This document shows positions 1 through 10,472 of a stretch of 64,000 bases of DNA, piece after piece. A program made the translations under genes and the position numbers. The notes under the pieces are model-generated. The model saw only the letters and a list, made by a program, of their open reading frames with translations. It did not search any database and was not told the DNA's origin. This stretch comes from Rebecca billardiae RCC1528 (taxonomy: Eukaryota; Protista; Haptophyta): NCBI GenBank assembly GCA_965240325.2, contig OZ251230.1:1302001-1366000 (forward strand), written 5' to 3'. Position 1 is the stretch's first letter. Each line of letters starts with the position of its first letter.

Positions 1-1227
1 GTCTCGCGCGCAGGCGCGTCGCGCAGCGCGCGCGCCGGCGCCGGCGCCGGCGCCGATGCCGATGCCGCCCAGAGCACGGGCAGAGCCGGGAGCCGCCGCG
101 CCGACGGTGGCGCGCGCGCCGAGCCGCAGCGGGCGCAGCGGCGAGACGAGCGCCCCGCGGCGTCCGCTGCCGCGGCTACTGCGGAGGCCCCTCTCCGCGC
201 GGTGGCGGCCCCGGGCGCCGACGCTGTCGCGCCGTGGGGGCGCTCAGACGGCGTCACGTCCGCGTCTGACGACGGGGCCGAGGAGGTCCGCCGCGCGGCG
301 GCTGGCGTTCGGCGGGCTGGCGCGGCGCGCAGAGCGGGCGAGGCGCGGCGCGGCGCTGACGACCCAACCACGGCCGCTGCGGACGCGGACGCGTCGGACG
401 AGGACGGCGGCGGGCGGCTGCGACGTGCGGCGGGCGGCGGGCGGCACGCGGGCGGAGCGCGCAGGGCTGACGTGTCACGGCGCGGGGATCTGTCCCCGGC
501 GGCCGCCGATGCTGCGGTGACCTCCCCAGGCACCGAGAGCGGCGAGGGCGACTGGCCAAGCCCGGTCCATCCCACGCGTGGGGCGCGCACGCGCGGCGCA
601 CCGGCGGCGGGTGCATCAACTCGCGCATCGCCACCAGGCTCAACGCCACGCAGCGCTCGCCACCGCGGGCTGGAGCCCTCCTCCGCTTCGCGGCAGGTGG
701 CGCGCGGGCTGGGTACACCTGGCTCCGTGCCGCGGCGGGCTGTTGGTGCAGGACGCCTCGAGTCGTGGCGCACGCCCACGCACTCGAGCGTGCGCCGGGC
801 GCGGCTGCGCGAGCAGACGCCAGGCAGCCCGACGAGTGCGCGCACCATCCGCTCGCCGTGCAACACGTGCACCCCAGCCTCCCACCGAAAGCCGTGGAGG
901 ATCTGATGATTGCTAGCAGCATGGGTGCCCTCCGGAGCTCAAAGGAAACGCCTGAGAGCAGTGGCCGGGCGCCTCCCAGCTCCCGGGTTGTGATCATGCA
1001 TGCTGGCGTGCGGCGGATGGCCGCCTCGAGCTCCCGCATGTCGTCAAACGGCCACGGGAGTATCGCGCGTCAATTCGTCCGGAGCAAAACTGCGCACTGC
1101 ATCAAGCCGATCCGGGCGGGGGCGGCGGGCGCGGAGGACATGTCTAGAACGAATCCTGAGCACTGATGATGAGATTCGGCAGGGAAACACGCGGTCTTAA
1201 GGGCGCCTCTCCGTCTCGGCCGCGTGC

Positions 1228-3120
1228 ATGGCAGCCCGCGGCACCTCGATCGTCATCGGCTCGGCGGCGGTGGCGCAGCGGCTCGGACTCGGTTCGATAA
1301 TCGCGTCGGCTTCCTCCGCCTCGCGCGTCGTCGGCGTCTTCACCAACGATGTGCGCGAGCGCGCGCAGCCGAGCGCTGCAGGCCGAACGTCCGTGCATGA
1401 GCTGAGCGAGATGGCGCGGGTGGTGCAGGCGTTCAACGTTCGTACAGCTCTCCTGACCGACGCGACCGACGCGCAGGCCCACGCGCAGCTCGCCATCGAC
1501 GCCGGGTGCACGCGCATCGTCAACCTCACGAGCGCGCCGCTGATCGACCTGCCGCACGGCGTCGAGCACGAGACGCCGCTCGTGGCGCGGCTGATGGAGC
1601 ACGCGCAGCCGGCGCAGCCGATCCTGCCCAACGCCGTCAGCCTGAGCGCCGGGCGCCTCGAGCGCGAGTACGAGCTCGTCGGGCCGCCCATCGGCCGCGG
1701 CGGCTTTGGCGTCGTGCTCCGCGCGCGCAACCGGCTCGACGGCTGCGAGTACGCCGTCAAGCGCGTCGAGTTCCACTCGCGGCGGGACGGCGAGGGCGCG
1801 CTGCGCGAGGCGCAGGCGATGGCGAAGATCGCGCGCGCGTGCCCGCAGCACATCGTCCAGTACTACTGCAGCTGGGTCGAGGCGGCCGACGAGCACGGCG
1901 CGCGCGCGCTCAGCGAGTGGTCTTCCTCGGTCGGCAGCTCGCCCGCGTCCTCGCGCGCGCCGGCGAGCGCGTCGGGCTGCGGCTCGTCGTCGTCGTGCGC
2001 GGGCTCGGACGCCGCGGGTGAGCACGTCGTGCTGCACCTCGTGATGGAGCTGATGCAGTGCAACACGCTGCGCGCCGAGCTCCTCGGCGCGCGCCGCGCG
2101 TGGACAGACGAGGAGGTGTGCTCGATCATCGAGCAGCTCGCGCTCGCGCTCGCGCACGTGCACGCGGCCGGGTACGTGCACCGCGACGTGGCGCCGGCGA
2201 ACGTGTTCCTCGAGCGGCCCACGCGCGACGCGCAGGTCGCGGGCCTCCCCGCCGGCGGGGCGGCGGGCGGCGCGCTCCCACGCGTCAAGCTTGGCGACTT
2301 TGGGCTGGCGCAGCGGCGCGCCGTCGCCGCGCCCGCGAGCGAGGGTGCACCGCCCGCGGGCGTGGGCGTGCTGGCGGCGGCGGCGAGCGCGGCCCCGGCA
2401 AGTGCCGCGGCGGCGGCCGCCGCGGCCATCCCGCCGCTGGCCATGGCGCTGGGCACGTACCTCTACGCCGCGCCCGAGCAGTACGCACCGGCGAGCGTCG
2501 CGACGAGCGGCGCGCGCGGCAGCGTCGGCTGCGCGGCCGAGCCGCAGGCTGAGCCGAGTGCCGACGTCTTCTCTCTGGGGGTCCTCTGCGCCGAGCTGCT
2601 GCACGGGCCGTTCAGCACGCTGCACGAGCGCGCGCACGTGCTCGGCGCGTTCCGCACGGCCGGCCAGCTCCCGCGCGCCGTGCTCGTGCAGCGCCCCACG
2701 CTCGCTGCCGTCGCGCTGCGCATGACCGCGCCGGTGCCCAGCGAGCGGCCGACGGCCGCAGAGGTAGCCGACACGATGCGAGCGATCGCCGCCGGGCTGG
2801 GCGGCGCGCGGTCGAGCCACACGCAGGCGGCGGGCGCGCCGCAGCCCTTCTCGCCTTCGCCGTGCTCGACGGCCGATGCGCCGCCACCCCCGCTGCCCGT
2901 CACGGGCGCGCTCACGGAGCCCGACTCGTCCGCGGCCGACAGCGCTGGCGGGGCGCCACACCCGGACACCCTGCGAGCGGCAGCGCTCGAGGCTGAGCTC
3001 GCGGCCGCCAAGGCGCGGGTGGCTGAGCTCGAGCACGCTGTGCGCGATCTCGCGCGCACCGTCGATGCGGCGTTGGGTGTCACGGCCACCGCCATGCCCG
3101 AAGCCGAGCTCCGCATGTGA
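1228..3120 (+). CDS. eIF2-alpha kinase-like (PEK family) Ser/Thr kinase with N-terminal Rex-like Rossmann domain and C-terminal coiled coil
   Basis: IGRGGFGVV, RNRLDGCEYAVKRV, HIVQYYCSWVE followed by a Ser-rich insert, LHLVMEL, HRDVAPAN, VKLGDFGLA, GTYLYAAPEQ, DVFSLGV; this layout is typical of eIF2alpha kinases. Confidence 0.88.
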   Translation: MAARGTSIVIGSAAVAQRLGLGSIIASASSASRVVGVFTNDVRERAQPSAAGRTSVHELSEMARVVQAFNVRTALLTDATDAQAHAQLAIDAGCTRIVNLTSAPLIDLPHGVEHETPLVARLMEHAQPAQPILPNAVSLSAGRLEREYELVGPPIGRGGFGVVLRARNRLDGCEYAVKRVEFHSRRDGEGALREAQAMAKIARACPQHIVQYYCSWVEAADEHGARALSEWSSSVGSSPASSRAPASASGCGSSSSCAGSDAAGEHVVLHLVMELMQCNTLRAELLGARRAWTDEEVCSIIEQLALALAHVHAAGYVHRDVAPANVFLERPTRDAQVAGLPAGGAAGGALPRVKLGDFGLAQRRAVAAPASEGAPPAGVGVLAAAASAAPASAAAAAAAAIPPLAMALGTYLYAAPEQYAPASVATSGARGSVGCAAEPQAEPSADVFSLGVLCAELLHGPFSTLHERAHVLGAFRTAGQLPRAVLVQRPTLAAVALRMTAPVPSERPTAAEVADTMRAIAAGLGGARSSHTQAAGAPQPFSPSPCSTADAPPPPLPVTGALTEPDSSAADSAGGAPHPDTLRAAALEAELAAAKARVAELEHAVRDLARTVDAALGVTATAMPEAELRM

Positions 3121-3627
3121 TCTATCTTGCCGCGCGTGCCGTCAGGCCGCGGGCGCTGGCACCGCGCCAGCGCGAGTGCCGAGTACTCAGCGTTGCCGCC
3201 GCTGCGCCGTGGTCATCCGAAGGGGCTCTCTGACGTCGGCGAGTTTGACTGACAGTGGCATCGCTCGATGGTGTACCTGTACGACCTTTCGTGGGCAGGA
3301 CGCTGTTGGCTGTGCGCGGGCGCTGAGCCGAACAGCTTGGCCATGCGAGGCTGATGAACGACTGCGACGGGGGTCATCGAACGGCGGCAGACGCAACAAA
3401 AACAAATGACATATTATGGGGGTAACGCCGCAGCCGATATCTTTTTTTCTGCAGCCGAGTGCAGAAGCGATTTTCCCGGCTTGTCCGGACACAAACCCGC
3501 CGGACCGGCCCGTAGCGGCCGCCCGAATGGGCGACAGTTCGGAAGTGTCCCGCTCACCGCTTTCGCGCGCGCCGGCATTTGTAAACCGTCAACACCGACC
3601 GAGACGCGACCGTCCACGCCCGACTCC

Positions 3628-5061
3628 ATGGCGAGCGACGAGCACAATGCGACGCTCAGCGAGATGCGCTCGTTGCGAACCGACCTGCAGGGCATCCTTG
3701 CAAACTTGCGTCGCTTCTCGCGCGCAACGCACGCGGCGGGCTCCGCCTGCCGCCCGGCGCACCAGGCGCTCGAGATGCATTGGGATCCGCACCCGCAGCG
3801 GGTCTTCCGCTACGGGCGCACGCCCATCCCCGACTTTGGCGTGCGCATCGAAGGCAGCCCCAACTCACAGCCGATCCTCCTCGAGATAGGCATCGCCGAG
3901 GCTCGCTCGGGACAGCGGCTTACCGGCATCCTCAAGGGAGAGACCACCGTGCAGCTGCGCGACGGCGTCGCCACGTTTGACAAGGTCGTGCTGCAGCTGG
4001 CCGCACGCGCCTCGCTCAAGCGCACGCTCACGCTGCAGTTCGTGGTGACGCAGGTGGATCACTCGGCGCATGGCCCACGCGTGCGCGAGCTCCGCTCGAA
4101 GACCGTCATCGTGCGCAACTCGCGCGCTGCCGACGCGACCAAGCGTGCCTCTGACCCCACCCGGGGCAGCAAGCGCGCGCTCGAGGAGATCGGCATGGTG
4201 ATCTCCTCGAGCAATCAGCCCGCAGTGGCCGAGGCCCCTCGCTCGCCCGCCTTGCGCCCGACGCATCCACCTGACGGACCAGACCTCCTCGATGTCGCCT
4301 TCCCCGTCGACGAGCACGCCTCTGTGCCGCACAGCTTCTCGGACGCTGTCCTGGCGTCGGACGAGCCCACCGCCGAGGAGCTGCAGCTGCTGCTCGACAA
4401 CGACCCGCTGCTCGCGAGCGTGTACTCGAGCGGGGCGCCGACGCCGCCCGAGTACGAGGATGCACACGTGACGCAGTCGATGCCGTTCGCGGCCAAGCGG
4501 CCGCGCACCGGCCTCAGCGACGTGCTCGAGCTCGAGCCCGAGCCAGACACCGACGCCGATGGCTCGCTGGCTGACTTTGTGGGCACGAATCCGCACCCGC
4601 CCTCGCCGGTTGAGCAGGTGTACCGCGGCAACAGCTCCCGTCGCCCGCCGAGCGACGAGAGCACAGACCGCTCCTGGAGTGGCGACGTCGACGCCGATGC
4701 GGAGGATGGCGAACCTGTGTGGTTTGACGCGGTCTCGGGCGCGGACGGCGATGATGGCACAGCGCTCCAAGCGGCGACTCCAACGTTCAAGGCAGTCGCG
4801 CGCGTTGACGCTGGCAAAGATGGCGTGGCGCCATCGCCTGTGTGGCCACCGGACTCGTGGGCGCGCATCGCGATGCTGGCTGGGTTTGCATACGCGCTTG
4901 CGCTCTCCGCCGTGCAGGCTGTTGCGCTTGCGCAGGTGTTCGTACCGAGCCCTAGCTGTCGCTCGCGGCGGCAGCACACCGCGTTGCATCACGTCCAGCA
5001 GGCACCCAGGGTCAAAGCACCTTCGGCGGCGCTGCGCCTCGCGGGCACGGTTTCGAGCTAG
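3628..5061 (+). CDS. Hypothetical protein: possible Ig-fold DNA-binding domain, acidic/Pro-rich middle, C-terminal TM helix
   Basis: Long ORF (3406..5061; ATG 3628 preferred) with coding-like sequence; beta-rich LKGETTVQLRDGVATFDKV...LTLQFVV...RSKTVIVRNSR; hydrophobic WARIAMLAGFAYALALSAVQAVALAQVFV. Confidence 0.7.
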   Translation: MASDEHNATLSEMRSLRTDLQGILANLRRFSRATHAAGSACRPAHQALEMHWDPHPQRVFRYGRTPIPDFGVRIEGSPNSQPILLEIGIAEARSGQRLTGILKGETTVQLRDGVATFDKVVLQLAARASLKRTLTLQFVVTQVDHSAHGPRVRELRSKTVIVRNSRAADATKRASDPTRGSKRALEEIGMVISSSNQPAVAEAPRSPALRPTHPPDGPDLLDVAFPVDEHASVPHSFSDAVLASDEPTAEELQLLLDNDPLLASVYSSGAPTPPEYEDAHVTQSMPFAAKRPRTGLSDVLELEPEPDTDADGSLADFVGTNPHPPSPVEQVYRGNSSRRPPSDESTDRSWSGDVDADAEDGEPVWFDAVSGADGDDGTALQAATPTFKAVARVDAGKDGVAPSPVWPPDSWARIAMLAGFAYALALSAVQAVALAQVFVPSPSCRSRRQHTALHHVQQAPRVKAPSAALRLAGTVSS

Positions 5062-5478
5062 TTCGTACTAGTGACCGTTTGCATACTTTATGAAACTCTC
5101 GTCGCATCTTACTGATGATAACTACGATTCGTCTTTAGCTAGTAGTAATCATTACAACTATATATTATATTATTTAATATATATATATATATCAATAATA
5201 ATACTATCAATGTAATAACCGCGGGCAACACCATTACACCACCGCGTCGCCTTATTGTGATGATCAATGATGATAATGATTGCTGATGAATGCGATCAGA
5301 CAGAGGGTGCACGCGGACCTCGTCCCGGCGTCAAGGTCAAGGTGACGCCCAGACGGTCCGAGCAGTGACCAGTCGGATGCCCGAGTCCGAGGACTGACGA
5401 CTGTCACTCACTGGCGCCAGACAGTCAGGCTGTCACCGCCAGCGAGCGCACACCGAAGCCCGCCGTCGTTGCCATGCT

Positions 5479-6539
5479 CTAATTCACGGGAAGGCTGAAC
5501 ACCCTCACCATCCCGAGGTCGCGCTCCTTGTCGTCGCCCGCGTACGCGAGGAGATGCTGCGTCGGGTGCCACGCGATCGAGTTCATCGCGACGCTCGAGC
5601 TGATGGCGTGCACCTGCTCGCCCGTGTCCACGTCGGCGATGTCGATGAAGGCGTCCTCCGAGGCGGACGCGAGCAGCTTCCCGTCGTGCGAGAAGGACAG
5701 CGTGCGCACCGGCCACTCGAGCCGCGTGAGCGTGCGCGTGCACACCAGCTCGGGCAGGCTCCACACGCTCACGAGCGCGTCCGCGCCGCCGACCGCAATG
5801 TGTCTCCCGGTCGGGTCGAACTGGACGCAGTAGCAGTTGGCCGTGTGGCCCTGCACACGGCGCGGGGGGCGGGCGCGGCTCGGCGGTGAGCGGCGCGGCG
5901 CGGCGCGAGGCACGAGGGGCGCCGCCGCCGCAGCCAGCCGTGGCGCACCTGCAGCGAGCGGAAGCTCTCGACTTTGCTCCCGCCCTTGAGGAAGTTGGCG
6001 TAGCGCAGCACCTCCACGGTGCCCTGCCCGGTGGTGAGGAACAGGAGCGAGCCGTCCCTGTTCCACGACATCTCGTTCACCTCGTACGGGAACTTGGTCG
6101 TCTTGAGCATCTTGCCTTTCCGCGTGTCGATGATCGAGATGTCGTCGTCCTTGTTGCCGACGGCGATGTGGTGGTCGCCGTCGGGCGACCACGCAATGTT
6201 GATGTTCTCTCCGCGCGTCTCGATCACGTTGGTGCAGCGGCCGGTGCGCGCGTCCCAGAGGCGGACGGTCTTGTCACCCGAGGCGGTGGCGAGGCGGTCA
6301 GGGTGCTGCGGATCCCAGCACAGCTGATCGACCGCCTCCTGGTGCCCGCGCAGCTCGATGTGTGACTCCTTGCCGCCGGCGCCGTCCGCGATGCCCGACC
6401 ACACGATGGCTGTCGTGTCGACCGAGCCCGACGCAAGCTTCGAGCCCGTCGAGTTCCACGCGACGGCATGCACCACCTTCTTGTGCTTCTGAAACTCGCG
6501 CGTCACGCCGCGCCCCTTCATCGTCGCACCGCTGCTCAT
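5479..6539 (-). CDS. THOC3: THO complex subunit 3 (TEX1) WD40 protein; exons 6539-5949 and 5850-5479
   Basis: VHAVAWNSTGSKLASGSVD, VDQLCWDP, GENINIAWSPDG, GHTANCYCVQFDPTG, LEWPVRTLSFSHDG; a 98-bp GT-AG intron (5948-5851) joins the two ORFs in frame. Confidence 0.92.
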
Positions 6540-6625
6540 GGCCGCGATCGCGAGCGTCGCCGTCGGCGCGACGACGGCACCAACAGCACCACGCAGCACT
6601 GACCTGCCAGGCCGGTCGCGTCAGC

Positions 6626-7888
6626 ATGGCGGCAGAGGAGGAGTTCGTCGACTGGTACGCCTTCGTTGGCGTCGAGCGCGACGCGCCGGCGCGCGAGATC
6701 TCGCGCGCGTACCGCAAACGGGCGCTCTCGTGCCACCCCGACAAGCGACCAGGCGATGCCGCCGCCGCGAAGGAGTTTGCCACCCTCCAGCGCGCGTACG
6801 ACGTGCTCTCGGACGAGGCCGCGCGAAAGGCGTTCGACGGCGTGCTCGAAGCCCGCGAGCTGCGCGAGCGGCGGCGCGATGCGGAGGACGGGAGGCGGCG
6901 GAAGCAGCGCGAGGATCTGGAGGCTCGCGAGGCTGCCGCCCGCGCTGCGCAGCGCGCCGCGTACGGCGGCGGCGCGGCGCCCGCACCCAAGCGCGCGCGA
7001 GCCGCGGAGGCCGACGAGGACGGCCCCGAAGATGCGCGTGCCAGCCTCGCAGCGGAGACGGCGGCACGCAAGCAGCTCGAGGCGGAGCTGCAGCGTATTC
7101 GCGATCGCAACGCCGCAGCCGCCGCAGCGCGCGCGCGTGCCAGCGCGAGCGCCGCACGCGCCGGCGCAAGCGGCGGGAGCTCAGACGACGGTGCTGCCCT
7201 CACGTTGCGCTGGGCAGCCGGCACGGCCTACTCGGCCGAGCTGCTGCAGGCGCTGGTGCGCTCGGTGTGCCCGCCGCGTGGGCCAAGTGCGCCACCGCTG
7301 AGTGGGCCGCGGTTCACCGTGGTGCCCTCGCCTTCGGGTCGTCCACAGGTGCGCTGCGTGCGCCGCGCTCGGCCCCCCCCCCTTGTGTGCCCAGCACCTC
7401 TGCCGAGCCCCTTCCTCTGCCGCTCCTCCTTGGCTCTGGCTGATTGCCCCCCGCGCCCGCGACGCCCACGCACATCTGGGCAGGCCCTCGTGCACTTCGC
7501 CGTGCGCGCCGACGCGAGCGCCGTCGCCGCGCTCTGGCGGGGCGGCGGCGGTCTGGACGAGGACCTGGAGGCGAGCACAGGCATCCGCGCAGAGCTGAGC
7601 GGTGCGGACGGCGGCGGCACGGGCCGCAGGCCAGACGGCGGCGCGACCGGGGCGAGCGCGAGCGCTGCAGGGGCAGACGGCGGCGCGGCTCCCGGAGACG
7701 GGAGCGTGGGCGCTAGCGCGCGCGGCACGGCTGCGCCTGAGCTGTGGACGGCAGGCGGCTCAGAGCTTGGGCTGGACGAGCTGGTGCACTGCACGGAGTA
7801 CGAGCGTGTGACACTGCTGCGGCTGCGGCGCGCGGCGGAGCGCCAGCAGCAGGAGCGACGGGCGGCTGCGATGCCAGCCGCGCCGTGA
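6626..7888 (+). CDS. DNAJC17: J-domain protein, DNAJC17/Cwc23-like; probable in-frame intron 7349-7483
   Basis: J domain with HPD (AYRKRALSCHPDK), following charged helix RRKQREDLEARE, C-terminal EYERVTLLRLRRAAERQ typical of DNAJC17. Confidence 0.82.
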   Translation: MAAEEEFVDWYAFVGVERDAPAREISRAYRKRALSCHPDKRPGDAAAAKEFATLQRAYDVLSDEAARKAFDGVLEARELRERRRDAEDGRRRKQREDLEAREAAARAAQRAAYGGGAAPAPKRARAAEADEDGPEDARASLAAETAARKQLEAELQRIRDRNAAAAAARARASASAARAGASGGSSDDGAALTLRWAAGTAYSAELLQALVRSVCPPRGPSAPPLSGPRFTVVPSPSGRPQVRCVRRARPPPLVCPAPLPSPFLCRSSLALADCPPRPRRPRTSGQALVHFAVRADASAVAALWRGGGGLDEDLEASTGIRAELSGADGGGTGRRPDGGATGASASAAGADGGAAPGDGSVGASARGTAAPELWTAGGSELGLDELVHCTEYERVTLLRLRRAAERQQQERRAAAMPAAP

Positions 7889-8534
7889 TGATCGCATAGT
7901 ACGGTAACGGGCGCTGGACTGACGCCGTGCGCGACATAATTCTGCGGACGACTGTAGTATGTTAGTTCTAAGTAGTTCGGGCTTCAGTAAATGGAGTCAG
8001 TACTTATAGACCGGTACTGTCGCGGACCTGCGACAGTAATGAGTGACGTACGAATATTGCATGTACGGAATGTACTATACTACGGGTAAATGGTAATCCC
8101 GGGGCCGGGGCGGGGGCGGGGCGGGGCACTCCGGGAATGACTGTTCCTGTGAACACTCAGAACAGTCATCAGCAGTCACCCCGGCCCGACGGTGACAATG
8201 TACCATTTGAGTAAGCGCGCCACCGGCACCGCCAGTGCTGGCACTGCTGCCCACTCATGCCGACATGCGCCCAGTCTGAGTCAGCAGCTCGCGCAGGGCC
8301 TGCCGCGGCCGGGCCGGCACGGGGCGGGCAGGGGCGTCAGGCCCCGCGGCCCGCGCGTACGTTCGGCCGTAAGTAAGCCTCGGCCCGTAAGTCACCAGAG
8401 GCCGCTGCCAGCCCCTTCTGTCTACTCCGACTCCGCCTTCGGAGTCATCCTCGTTGGAACGCGTAGTGGTCGCGCGGAGTGGTCGGGCCGCCCCGGCACC
8501 ACGTCGATCCGATCCAGCATCTGTGCATGTGATC

Positions 8535-9551
8535 TCACCTGACCGCCTGCGCCACGCCCTGCTGGCGCGGAAGCCAGGACATTCGTCGGAATCGATGGCC
8601 GGTGATGATGCTGCCGAGGCTGCCGCTTGTGTAGTAGCTGCTCATGATGCCAATCGATCGCCGAGGAACGGGTCCGCGATTGACTGCGACTGCGTCGCCA
8701 CGGCCAAAGCTGGCGCCTGGTACGACGGACGCAATCGAAGGGTGCCAGGGCGTGCAGCTTTGCGTCTCCGCGTGTCGCAGCACGATCTGCTCGTCCAGCC
8801 ACGGCTTCATCGACGGGTCCTTGAGCGCATCGATGATCCAGCCGTACTGCTCGTCGTACAGCTCAAAGTCCTTGTACACGAACATGTCGAACACGAAGCC
8901 GGGCTTGCCCTGGGAGCGCGAAAAGTGCGCGCGCTTCCTCTCGATGTTCCTCCCGAACGGCCGGTAGAAATGCGGCGCGTCCATCGGCGAGAAGCCCTTG
9001 ATCATCTTCTTCTCGATGTTGCGGATGTCGCTTGGCTTGAACGCGCGCATCATCGCGGGCAGCACGACGATCTCCTCCTCGCGCATGTGCGGGAGCATGA
9101 GCGTCTCGATCTCGTCGACGAGGTCCATGAGTTCCAGAGGCGTGGTCGACCGGCCGAGCTCGCGGAACGCCGAGGCTGTGCGTGCCATCAGGGTTAACAA
9201 CTCGGCGTGGTCGTCCGAGATCTTGAAGGGGATGTCAATCCTGGTGCGGAGGAAGGGGAAGAGGAGCGTCTCCTCCTGCGCGTGATGCAGCACGATGTTC
9301 CCGGTCACACGGCCCCACCACTTCTTCATCGCGTCATACTCCCACTCCTCCACGTGGTCGGAGGTGGCCATCCGCTCGAGCGCCACGGATGTGTCTTCGA
9401 GGTCGTGAGCGATGGCACGGTGCGCGAGCATCCAGAGGTGCTCGGAGAGGTCAGGCCACTCCTCGCTCGCCTCTTCGCGCTCGAGCTCGGCCTTGCTAAT
9501 ACGCATGCGGTGCTCGCCAGTGAGGGCCGGATTGGAGGTGTCACTCATCAT
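8535..9551 (-). CDS. Hemerythrin-like (HHE) cation-binding protein
   Basis: H / HxxxE / H / HxxxE ligand pattern: AHRAI, HHAQEETLLFP, DDHAEL, HMREEEIVVLP. Confidence 0.85.
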   Translation of the reverse strand: MMSDTSNPALTGEHRMRISKAELEREEASEEWPDLSEHLWMLAHRAIAHDLEDTSVALERMATSDHVEEWEYDAMKKWWGRVTGNIVLHHAQEETLLFPFLRTRIDIPFKISDDHAELLTLMARTASAFRELGRSTTPLELMDLVDEIETLMLPHMREEEIVVLPAMMRAFKPSDIRNIEKKMIKGFSPMDAPHFYRPFGRNIERKRAHFSRSQGKPGFVFDMFVYKDFELYDEQYGWIIDALKDPSMKPWLDEQIVLRHAETQSCTPWHPSIASVVPGASFGRGDAVAVNRGPVPRRSIGIMSSYYTSGSLGSIITGHRFRRMSWLPRQQGVAQAVR

Positions 9552-9899
9552 TCCCTGGGATGGGGGTTACCGGTCGGCGAGGGGTGGACACGTGCATCGG
9601 TTCGTCGGCAAATCACGCCGCGGGCGCCCACGAACCGATGTGAGCCAAGGGCCGTAGATTCAGCTAGATTCGCGAGAAGAGCAGTGGGTAGCAGACTGAG
9701 ATTCATCAAAGTAAGGATATCCACACACAATCATATCCCACGAATCGTCGTGGAAATTATTAATCAGCGCAGTCTCACACGGCTACCACAAGTTGAAAGT
9801 ACTACGGTGTCTGACTCGGTGATAAGTAGGAAAGTTACCGGCCGTCAAGCTGAGCTCAAGCCGAGTAGGGGAAAGGTGGAAAGCTTAAAATTCCACTTT

Positions 9900-10472
9900 T
9901 CAGCAGTTTAACCAAAGTTTAACTAAACGCTGTAAATGCATACCCTTGCAGAATCTCGCCTGCCTGAGCTGTACATGTGCGTCTCTTTTTCGTATCTTAG
10001 TAAACTGTTGCACACCTTCCGTCGACGTGGTGAGTATCTGCCGACACTCCCAGTCGGGCGCGAGGAGCGCCGCCTCCTCGACGTGCACCGAGCCCTCTGC
10101 GCGAGCGTCGGCGCCCGCGAGCGCGCGCCCCTGCACGTGCAGGAACACGTTGTCGTCCTCCAGCCCCGCGTGATTCTTGGCCACCTCGAAGATGATGGCG
10201 CAGCATGAGGCGGCCGCGGCCGGGCGCGATGGGCACGGCCCACCCACGTTCCAGTCGCGGTACGACCCAGGCCGCGCCGTGCACGACACTCTGAAGCCGG
10301 GTGCAGACGTGACGCGCAAGAGCCGGAACCCGTCGGTGGCGGGCGGCGCCTCGAGCCGCGTTGGCACAGGCCGCGCGGCGCCGCGCGGCGCAAGGAGATG
10401 GTGCCGCATGGTGCGTACAAGGCTGGTGTGACGGGTCCGGAGCACGTTCTCGAGGAGCACCGTCGCATCCAT
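9900..10472 (-). CDS. Hypothetical protein; 3' end runs into a dispersed repeat (may be spliced or truncated)
   Basis: ATG-initiated 190-aa ORF with mixed, protein-like composition; no recognised domain. Confidence 0.4.
   Translation of the reverse strand: MDATVLLENVLRTRHTSLVRTMRHHLLAPRGAARPVPTRLEAPPATDGFRLLRVTSAPGFRVSCTARPGSYRDWNVGGPCPSRPAAAASCCAIIFEVAKNHAGLEDDNVFLHVQGRALAGADARAEGSVHVEEAALLAPDWECRQILTTSTEGVQQFTKIRKRDAHVQLRQARFCKGMHLQRLVKLWLNC
9952..10008 (-). repeat. Dispersed ~50-bp repeat, copy A
   Basis: Reverse complement ACAGTTTACTAAGATACGAAAAAGAGACGCACATGTACAGCTCAGGCAGGCGAGATT matches copies at 26093, 27659 and 46034. Confidence 0.85.

Noticed and set aside
254-1039. Minus-strand ORF with a CxC..CxH (SWIM-like) patch; another minus frame is open to the window edge
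   Set aside because: Spacing is short, the rest is low complexity, and the correct frame cannot be determined.
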